Virus record (IMG/VR): IMGVR_UViG_3300020048_000048
Location: 32,001 to 96,000 of that record
DNA: 64,000 bases
Reading direction: 5' to 3' (one strand)
Source of the DNA: a virus
In this document: positions 28,626 through 36,405 of the stretch, one piece after another
Layout of the letters: each line of letters begins with the position of its first letter
Numbering within the stretch: position 1 is the first letter of the stretch
Translations under genes and position numbers: made by a program
The notes under the pieces: model-generated
Database searches by the model: none
What the model was told of the DNA's origin: nothing
Seen by the model: the letters and a program-made list of their open reading frames with translations, nothing else

Positions 28626-30412
28626 ACTATTACTAAAAATGTTCCATGAACTTCTAACGTAACACTTCCACCTGCGATTTTAATATCAAAGGTGGTTCCG
28701 CTGTTTTGAAATGTAAACCCAGAAGGTGCATTAATTCGTATATAATTGGTTTCACTTGCCGTTGCAGTGTCGGTAATTCTATACATAGATTCTGAACTAC
28801 AGTTTGACAAAGTTACAGTTCTAACTCCAGTTCCACTTGTAATTAATGCCCACTCTTTGTTATTACATGTAATTGTTCCGTTCGTTTTTGTCGTTTTTGT
28901 CCAAACAACACCACCAGCAAGACTATCAAGTTTTGTTTTATCAGTAGAACTCATTAACCCCGCAACTGAAGTTGTTGCATTGTCAATTGTGACAACGCCT
29001 GTTTGACCGTTTACAGAAGTAACGCCTGTTGTTGGCGTTAATATCTCTTTCCAATCTGCAAGTGTTGAGTAACTGTTTGTTGCAAGAATGAACGTTTTAC
29101 TTAGGTCTGTACGGATAGCAACATCACCCTGACGAGCGTCAGTTAATCCTAACATTGCTAATTCCGTTGACACTGTAAATGTATCGGTGATTGCTATACT
29201 AGGAAGTTGTGATTGTGGAATCTTTCCTGCACTGTCTAAACTTGCATATCCGCTGGCAATTCCTTTATTTGCTGACTTTTCATAAATAGAAGGGATTTGT
29301 GATTCAGGAATTTTTGCACTTGAATCTAAACTTGCATAACCATCAGCAACACCCTTTTGCGAAACAACTTGAGTATTGTCAAGTTTTTCTTTATCAAGGG
29401 CACTCATTAAACCTTCAGATAAGGTTGTTGCAACTGAGGTTGCGTTTATATGTTGAGTTTGCGTTAAATGATAGCGTTCTGAAGCACTTCCTCCTTGGAT
29501 ACCTGATTTAGAATTGTGATCAAGGGAATTAACTGCACTTGAAAAGTCAGATATTGTTGACGCAGTTTGTGTTCCCGTGTGATTTGCACGATTCCTGTCT
29601 ACAGAATGGAAGTGTAAGGTAGAATCTCCAGACGCTGTTAAATCAGAGAATTGGCTTGCAGTTAAGTGTTTGTAATCACCTGCATTAAGGTTTGTTAAAC
29701 TATTGTGTTCTTGTGTAATTCCACCAATTTGGGAATCCACATATCCTTTATTTGTAAGGTCACTTGGAGCTGACGGGGCTGACGTTTGGGTTATTTTAAA
29801 ATCACCCATGTCAAAATTACCCTCAGCAGTTTCACTTCCGTCTTTTGGGAAACATGCCAATCCTCTTGCGGTATTTGATGAAATGGTCGAATCCATGTCA
29901 CTAATTTTTGCATCAAGGAATGTTAAACTTTCACTTAATACAAAAACAATCGACCCAACGATTTTAAACATCACATTTTTGTTTTTATTTATAACAAAAG
30001 ATGAAGTTCCATCTTGGAATGTTATTCCAGAAGGGGATAGTATTGTAATTGCGTTTGTTCCAGCATTTTGTGCCAAAACTGAAAAACAAGACCCATTTAA
30101 AGGACTTGTTGGAATTGACAGAGAAATTGGAGAAGTTGCCGTCACTCTTATGACGGAACCTAATGTAATTTGAGAAGAAACTGAAGCAGTCGCACTGCTT
30201 GTTAGTTGCAAATCTGCCACGTCTGATAGATATTTTATCCATTCATATGTTGACTTTCCTAACCAGTTTACCCATTCCATAACTGGCTTTTCACCTTTTG
30301 CAGTTTCAACATACGCCCAACCCATTTCCAACTTTTCATTAGAAGGCTCTACAACTTTAGCTGTTGGATCTATTGCCCATTTGGGCATTGTAATCGAAGG
30401 TTTTTGTGCCAT
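28622..30412 (-). CDS. Tail fibre protein
   Basis: PKWA..EP..GW..GEKP..NWL N-terminus; NRANHTGTQ; duplicated KG.A.GYASLDS..KIP; VTSVNGQTG. Confidence 0.8.
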   Translation of the reverse strand: MAQKPSITMPKWAIDPTAKVVEPSNEKLEMGWAYVETAKGEKPVMEWVNWLGKSTYEWIKYLSDVADLQLTSSATASVSSQITLGSVIRVTATSPISLSIPTSPLNGSCFSVLAQNAGTNAITILSPSGITFQDGTSSFVINKNKNVMFKIVGSIVFVLSESLTFLDAKISDMDSTISSNTARGLACFPKDGSETAEGNFDMGDFKITQTSAPSAPSDLTNKGYVDSQIGGITQEHNSLTNLNAGDYKHLTASQFSDLTASGDSTLHFHSVDRNRANHTGTQTASTISDFSSAVNSLDHNSKSGIQGGSASERYHLTQTQHINATSVATTLSEGLMSALDKEKLDNTQVVSQKGVADGYASLDSSAKIPESQIPSIYEKSANKGIASGYASLDSAGKIPQSQLPSIAITDTFTVSTELAMLGLTDARQGDVAIRTDLSKTFILATNSYSTLADWKEILTPTTGVTSVNGQTGVVTIDNATTSVAGLMSSTDKTKLDSLAGGVVWTKTTKTNGTITCNNKEWALITSGTGVRTVTLSNCSSESMYRITDTATASETNYIRINAPSGFTFQNSGTTFDIKIAGGSVTLEVHGTFLVIV

Positions 30413-30414
30413 TT

Positions 30415-30879
30415 TTACTCTCCTGCTGTTTCGTTAAAGAAGAAACCACCTTCTTCACTTAACGTTGTTTTGAATCCCTTATCTTCACTGTTAAAACCAA
30501 ACCATACAAAAGGTTGTCCAGTGAAGTAAAAACTTGTAGTTGATGAAAAAATACTCCAAATAGTATTCTCAACTTGGTATCTTATTTTAACATAAGTTTG
30601 ACCATTTGACTTTAGAAACGACTTTGTGAGAATCTCAAAATCGACTAAATTATCTAACGGGTCAATATTTATAACATAATGAATAACATCAGCACTAAAA
30701 TTTTCATTTTGACAGATGTAAAGGTCAATAGAACTTGGACGATCTCCTTCCATTTTTGATTTAAATGGGTAAAGAAATATCTTTACCTGCCCTGTTAGGC
30801 TTTCTATTTTCTTTACCATAGGTGGGTATACATAACTTCCCCTACCTATGCCAGTTTTAATGTCCGTAAAAATTTCCAT
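30415..30879 (-). CDS. Baseplate/fibre-associated protein with WFGFN..GF motif
   Basis: C-terminal FVWFGFNSEDKGF..GGFFFN shared with 50495 protein. Confidence 0.55.
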   Translation of the reverse strand: MEIFTDIKTGIGRGSYVYPPMVKKIESLTGQVKIFLYPFKSKMEGDRPSSIDLYICQNENFSADVIHYVINIDPLDNLVDFEILTKSFLKSNGQTYVKIRYQVENTIWSIFSSTTSFYFTGQPFVWFGFNSEDKGFKTTLSEEGGFFFNETAGE

Positions 30880-30880
30880 C

Positions 30881-31366
30881 TCACCCTCCTACTTTGTAAA
30901 AAGTTGTGTTCACCAATCGTAATGTAAAACTTCCATTCATATCAACAATCCCATCAAGACTTCCGTCTTCAAATGTGTAACCTAATGGTAATATAAATGT
31001 TATCTTTCTTGCAGAAGAAGCTTTGCAAATAAATGTGCATTTTTGATTTTCCACAAGGTTTAAAGAGTTTACGTTTATTTGAATTTCTTCAGAAGATGCG
31101 TCTATAAAGAAGGCACCTCCAAAATAGATATTGCTTGAGCTGGATATTTTTGTTAAAGTTGTGTCGTTAAATCTTGTTACTTCGTCTAAATATTCAATCC
31201 ATTCATAAGTTGTTTTATGAAGCCAGTTTTGAATATCCATGATAGGTTTCTCGCCTATAGTTCCATAAGCATATTCCCACCCTGATTCTTTTTTTGTTTC
31301 TAATGGTTCTGCAACAATCGCTCCAGACGCTGTTGCCCATTTTGGCTTTTTCAATGGTCTATCCAC
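30881..31366 (-). CDS. Short paralogue of tail fibre N-terminus
   Basis: KPKWA..EP..GWEY..GEKPIM..NWLHKTTYEWIEYL matches 30412 N-terminus. Confidence 0.7.
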   Translation of the reverse strand: MDRPLKKPKWATASGAIVAEPLETKKESGWEYAYGTIGEKPIMDIQNWLHKTTYEWIEYLDEVTRFNDTTLTKISSSSNIYFGGAFFIDASSEEIQINVNSLNLVENQKCTFICKASSARKITFILPLGYTFEDGSLDGIVDMNGSFTLRLVNTTFYKVGG

Positions 31367-31369
31367 ACT

Positions 31370-31819
31370 TCACCTCGCAATGAGTACAAAATACTCACCA
31401 ATTAATCTAAAAGTTAAACAGTTATTTCCAACATCTAAGATACAATCTGTTGAATCATCTTCAAATTTATAACCAAGTGGCGTTAGTATTTGAACATAAT
31501 TTGTTTCACTAATGTTTGGTCCTAATTTTATTAAAAAATAATCTCCTTGTTGCCACCCTTGACTTTCAATTTGAAGTTGACATGGAGAAGGAACAAATAT
31601 ATAATAGTTTGGACTAATTGTATCAACACTTTGACTTACAGCTTTAACCTTATTTGCCCATCCGTTGGATATACAGAAGGTATTGTGTTCATGTCCTATA
31701 TATGCTCTTTGGTTTTGTGCATACATATTCATCGCTTGTTGTTCTGGAGTTGGAGGTGTAGGAACTTCAACAACCCTTAAAGTGGATTTTGTTGTTAACC
31801 TATCTCTTACTATTTCCAT
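31370..31819 (-). CDS. Fibre-related protein (start revised to 31819)
   Basis: SETNYVQI..P.GYKFED shared with fibre C-terminus; GGAGGGG SD. Confidence 0.6.
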   Translation of the reverse strand: MEIVRDRLTTKSTLRVVEVPTPPTPEQQAMNMYAQNQRAYIGHEHNTFCISNGWANKVKAVSQSVDTISPNYYIFVPSPCQLQIESQGWQQGDYFLIKLGPNISETNYVQILTPLGYKFEDDSTDCILDVGNNCLTFRLIGEYFVLIAR

Positions 31820-31843
31820 GAAACGCCCCTCCGATAATTTCAT

Positions 31844-31887
31844 TTATTTTAAACAAAATTAAAGTTTAAAAAAAAAGAACCGTTAAG
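31844..31887. promoter_or_regulatory. Divergent late (-) and sigma-28-like (+) promoter pair
   Basis: TTATTTTA 31844-51; TAAAG-N15-CCGTTAAG 31860-87. Confidence 0.75.
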
Positions 31888-31939
31888 TTAAATAGAGTGG
31901 GATTTTTTAAATCTTTCGACTCTTTTTTAGGAGGTTTTT

Positions 31940-34900
31940 ATGGAAATCACGAACGGGTTTCATGCCCACAGTGAGTATTCACTAGACGGCGCTTGCACTG
32001 TTAAACAAATGATTAAAAGGTGTGAGGAGTTAGGGAGATCTCATTGTGTTATAACGGACCATGGGGTCATGTCAGCTCTTGGTGAACTGTACTTTGAAAC
32101 AAAAGGAAGTAAAATAAAGCCAATTTTTGGCATAGAGGCTTATTGTATTAATAAAAATTGGAGTGAAAAGTCACACCATGTTACTATTCATTTTAAAACT
32201 TACAAAGCTTATCAGTATTTTTGTAACAAGTTTCCAGAAATGGTCTCTACAGCTGAGGTGAAGTATGGGAACTTAAAACCTATTCTTCAGTATGAAGATT
32301 TATTTGAAATTAAAAACGATATTGTTTTAGGCTCAGGATGCTTTACATCATGGATTCAATCAGCTTTAAGAGAAAATAATATCTCAAAAGCTGAAAAAAT
32401 TTATGATGAATTAGAAAGTTTAGTTGGAAAGGATAATTTTTTTATAGAAGTTATGCCTCACGTTTTAGATAAAAATTGGGTAAAGCCAGAAGTTGATAAA
32501 GAAACAAAGTTAATCTTAAAAGAAGGTTATTTTGAAGATTTGGGAAGAGATCTTCAAAAGGATGTGAATATCCTTCTTGTAAAATTGGCAAGAAAAAAGG
32601 GTGGTAAAATTATTTGCTCTGAAGATTCGCATATGACCCATGAGCATAAAAAATTTATCCAAGACGTGAGAATTGCAAATGGTGAAAAAACTACTTGGAA
32701 ATTTTCTGTCGCTTATTCTATGGAGCCTATTGACAAATGGATGCCAGTTTATGAGGAATTAGGCATTTCCAAAGAAGAATTAGTTGAAAATTCAATTAAA
32801 CATGCTTCTTTATTTGACGACTTTAAGTGGGAAAAGAAGTTATATTTAGTTGATGAAACCTTGATTAATTATACCCACGACTCTTTAACAAAAGAGTTAG
32901 TTTCAAGGTTTGATTTAAGTTTAATACCAGTTGAAAAAAAAGATATATACATGGCAAGGTTTAAGGAGGAGATTGACGTAATTACTAATAATGGTTTGGC
33001 TAACTTTATACCTTACATATTGTTAATTCATGAGGTTGTACAGTATTCAAGACAACATAATTGTTATATTTCACCAAGAGGGTCTGCTGGGGGGTCTTTA
33101 ATACTGTTTTTATTAGGAATTTCAATTGCAGATCCTATTAAATATAAATTATCTTTTGCCAGATTCTTAACAAAAGGTAGGATTATGTCAGGGAACCTTC
33201 CTGATATTGATATTGACTGTGGATCAAGAGATCTTGTTTTTAATTATTTATTTACGAAATATAAAGATAAGATTTGTTTAGTTTCAACAAATCAGGTTCA
33301 AAAAATGAAAAACGCTATTAAGGATTGTGAAAGGATTTTAAGAGGCAAGGTGTCTGATGAAACTGTTGAAATGACGAAGGGATTGCCAGATTTTAGATGT
33401 TCTGTTGATGAGTTTTTCAACGGATACGAAGATGAAGACGGGACTCACCCTCCTTATGAAGATACAAAAGATGGTCTTAATTTTAAAAACTGGAAAGAAG
33501 TTTACCCTGATGTGTGGGAGCATGCGCATCAGTGCTTAGGTATTCAAAGGTCAAGAGGGGTTCATGCGTGTGCCACTTTAATAACTCCTGAGAGAATAAG
33601 TAATATTATTCCAATATCAAAAACAAAAGACGACTATCCTTTGAGTGAGTATGTTGCCAAAATTGCTGAAAAATTAGGCATTATTAAATATGATTTTTTA
33701 AGTTTAGACTGTTTGTCTTCAATTGGTAAAACTATTGATATGATAAATAGAAATTATGGGAAAGATTTGAAATGGGGAGAATTTCCTCTTGATGATAAAG
33801 TTATGGAGTTTGTGTATAGAAAAAATAATATGGCAGGGATTTTTCAATGCACAAGAATTACAATTCCTTTTATAAAAAAAGGAAATGTTAAAACCATAAT
33901 TGACTTGTCAAACTTTATTGCACTGGTGAGACCGGGGGCTTTAGACGCACCGGCTCCAGATGGAAGTGATCAAACTGGTGCTCAGTTTTATTTGAGTGTT
34001 GCTCAGGGTGAAAAACAACCATTTTCTCTTCATAAAAAACTTGATCCAATTCTTGAAGAAACTTTTGGGATCATTTTGTATCAAGAGCAAATTCAAGAAA
34101 TTTTTAAACAATTAGGGGGCATGGACGATTCTGAAGCTTCAGAAGCTATGAGGGCTGTGTCTAAGAAAAATAAAGAGTTATTGGAAAAATACTGTAACAT
34201 TTTAATTGAAAATATTAAGGGAGATTTTACAGAAGAACAAATAAAAATGTTAATCAAAAGTATTATGGCTTCAGGAAGATATGCCTTTAATAAGTCTCAC
34301 AGCGTTTGCTATGCTGTAAATAGTTATGCGGAAGCTTGGTTGAAGTTTTATTATCCATTAGAATTTTGGGTATGCAAGTTGAATGAAAAAATTGACAAGT
34401 TGGATGATATTTATGACTCATTTTACCCTGAAGTAAAACATTATATAAAACCAATTCATGTTGGAAATAGTGATGGGAATGAGTTTATTATTAAAGATGG
34501 ATCAATTTACCCACCTCTAAATGTTGTTAAAAGGATTTCAAATGGAAACAAAATTAAAGAACTTTACGACCAAGATTGGGGTAAATTTTTAGATAATTTA
34601 AAAAACCAAAAGCCAAAGCAAAAAATATCTGCCACAGAGTTGTTTACAGCTTTGTATTGCGGTCTTTTAGGTGATTTTAGTATAGAAGATACTACTAAAA
34701 AATTGGAAGAAATTAAAAAAGCAATGGGAAGTAAAGCTTCTGGCGGGAAAAGTAAAGCCGATAAAATAGCAATAGGTGATATTAAAAGTAGTTTAGATTT
34801 AGTATTATTTAAAACTCAAAACAACCCAGTCTATAGGTTTTGCTATGCTGATGAGAATGATTTGAGTAAAAAAGGTTGGGATAGAAAATCTCATGAATGG

Positions 34901-35251
34901 GTTGCATATATGGAAGGTAATAATATGTTGTTTAGATCATTAAGAGGAATAACTCAACAACACGTTCATCAATTTAAAGGTTTTGGAGTTTTTGTTTTAG
35001 GCGTTATTAAAAAAATAGAAAAAAAACCAACAAAAAACGGAAGTTGGTATAAGGTTGTGGAGTTTAGTTTGGGAGTTGAAACCTTTCGATTTAAGGTTTG
35101 GAAAAACAATATTTACAGCGATTTTATAGACGATTTGAATGAATTGTTACTGGTAGAGGTTGTTCCTGAAATTTATAACGAATTTGTGACCTACACGTTA
35201 AAAAAAGTTAAAGTTTTTTTTGAAAATGACGTTAATAGTATAGGTGTGTAA
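31940..35251 (+). CDS. dnaE: DNA polymerase III alpha subunit (family C)
   Basis: PHP HAHSEYS/TDHG/DSH; RGSAGGS, PDIDID, KYDFLSL, RPG, YQEQ, YAFNKSHS. Confidence 0.95.
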   Translation: MEITNGFHAHSEYSLDGACTVKQMIKRCEELGRSHCVITDHGVMSALGELYFETKGSKIKPIFGIEAYCINKNWSEKSHHVTIHFKTYKAYQYFCNKFPEMVSTAEVKYGNLKPILQYEDLFEIKNDIVLGSGCFTSWIQSALRENNISKAEKIYDELESLVGKDNFFIEVMPHVLDKNWVKPEVDKETKLILKEGYFEDLGRDLQKDVNILLVKLARKKGGKIICSEDSHMTHEHKKFIQDVRIANGEKTTWKFSVAYSMEPIDKWMPVYEELGISKEELVENSIKHASLFDDFKWEKKLYLVDETLINYTHDSLTKELVSRFDLSLIPVEKKDIYMARFKEEIDVITNNGLANFIPYILLIHEVVQYSRQHNCYISPRGSAGGSLILFLLGISIADPIKYKLSFARFLTKGRIMSGNLPDIDIDCGSRDLVFNYLFTKYKDKICLVSTNQVQKMKNAIKDCERILRGKVSDETVEMTKGLPDFRCSVDEFFNGYEDEDGTHPPYEDTKDGLNFKNWKEVYPDVWEHAHQCLGIQRSRGVHACATLITPERISNIIPISKTKDDYPLSEYVAKIAEKLGIIKYDFLSLDCLSSIGKTIDMINRNYGKDLKWGEFPLDDKVMEFVYRKNNMAGIFQCTRITIPFIKKGNVKTIIDLSNFIALVRPGALDAPAPDGSDQTGAQFYLSVAQGEKQPFSLHKKLDPILEETFGIILYQEQIQEIFKQLGGMDDSEASEAMRAVSKKNKELLEKYCNILIENIKGDFTEEQIKMLIKSIMASGRYAFNKSHSVCYAVNSYAEAWLKFYYPLEFWVCKLNEKIDKLDDIYDSFYPEVKHYIKPIHVGNSDGNEFIIKDGSIYPPLNVVKRISNGNKIKELYDQDWGKFLDNLKNQKPKQKISATELFTALYCGLLGDFSIEDTTKKLEEIKKAMGSKASGGKSKADKIAIGDIKSSLDLVLFKTQNNPVYRFCYADENDLSKKGWDRKSHEWVAYMEGNNMLFRSLRGITQQHVHQFKGFGVFVLGVIKKIEKKPTKNGSWYKVVEFSLGVETFRFKVWKNNIYSDFIDDLNELLLVEVVPEIYNEFVTYTLKKVKVFFENDVNSIGV
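35209..35236 (+). promoter_or_regulatory. Sigma-28-like promoter (variant, within dnaE 3' end)
   Basis: TAAAG-N15-ACGTTAAT upstream of kinase gene. Confidence 0.55.
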
Positions 35252-35271
35252 AATTTAGAAAGGTTGGAAAA

Positions 35272-36327
35272 ATGACGTTCAAAATTGCAATTGTGGAGGA
35301 TGAAAAAACCATTTCAACTTTAATTGAAATGGAGCTTTTGGACTTAGGTTATGAAGTTCTTGTTTTTGGTAATGCTGAAAAGTATGTACATAATGATTAT
35401 GATGTGGTTCTATTAGACCTAAGATTCGATGGAAACAAAACGGCTTTAGAATTGATAAGGGAAGTTAAAAAGTTCAATACAATGACTCAAATTATTGTAA
35501 TGACAGGTCATGGGAATAAAGCGACTGTTGTAGAGCTTTTAAGATCATCTATTGCTGACTATATTGAGAAACCTTTTTCCATTGGATTAGATTTAATGCC
35601 AGCAATTCAAAGATCATTAGACAAAAAGAATCATATTCAGTCAAATATTGAAAAGGAGAAATTGGTAAGTAAAATAAAAGACTTAGAATTAAAGTTAGAA
35701 TTTTCAGACCTTATTCGTGGGTTTATGCATGATGTGAGGAATAGTCTTGCTACTGCAAAAATGGCTTGTGAAGATCTTATTGAAGATGGGGTTGAGGCAA
35801 AGCAACTTACAATTGTTTTAAAGAGCCTTAACTCAATTATTCAAACGGCAAACTCAATAACTGCAACAAACAGCAAACAATTTTCATACAAAGATTTGGA
35901 TTTTATAATAAATGAAGCATTATTTTTTAATAACAGTAAAATAAAAGATGTTAATATTATTGTAAATATTGCAAATGTTTTCATATATGTAAATTCACAA
36001 ATAATAAGTGTATTTTACAATTTAATTTCAAATGCAATTGACGCAATGGATAAAGATTACAAAGAGGTTAAAATTTTCACAATAATTAGTGATTTAGGTG
36101 TTGAAGTTTGTGTTCAAGATAATGGATCTGGGATCCCAGAATATATTCAAAAGAGTTTGTGGGTTGAGTCATTAACTACAAAAGCAAATGGAAGTGGATT
36201 TGGAAGTAAAACTGTATATTCAATAGTCAACAATCATGGATTTAAAATTTCTTACGAAACTTATCAAAATGTTGGAACTACATTTAAAGTATTTATCCCA
36301 AAAACTTTAGTAAAATCAATAAATTAA
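35272..36327 (+). CDS. Hybrid response regulator-histidine kinase (REC-HisKA-HATPase)
   Basis: IVEDE, LLDL, MTGHG, YIEKP; HDVRNSL; NLISNAIDA, DNGSGI, TTK..GSGFG. Confidence 0.9.
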   Translation: MTFKIAIVEDEKTISTLIEMELLDLGYEVLVFGNAEKYVHNDYDVVLLDLRFDGNKTALELIREVKKFNTMTQIIVMTGHGNKATVVELLRSSIADYIEKPFSIGLDLMPAIQRSLDKKNHIQSNIEKEKLVSKIKDLELKLEFSDLIRGFMHDVRNSLATAKMACEDLIEDGVEAKQLTIVLKSLNSIIQTANSITATNSKQFSYKDLDFIINEALFFNNSKIKDVNIIVNIANVFIYVNSQIISVFYNLISNAIDAMDKDYKEVKIFTIISDLGVEVCVQDNGSGIPEYIQKSLWVESLTTKANGSGFGSKTVYSIVNNHGFKISYETYQNVGTTFKVFIPKTLVKSIN

Positions 36328-36341
36328 ATACAAAAATAAAC

Positions 36342-36369
36342 TAAAGTTTTTTTAAAAAAATCCGTTAAG
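36342..36369 (+). promoter_or_regulatory. Sigma-28-like promoter
   Basis: TAAAG-N15-CCGTTAAG. Confidence 0.8.
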
Positions 36370-36405
36370 ATAATTGTGAGTGCAATTAAAAAGGAGCAAA
36401 AAAAA

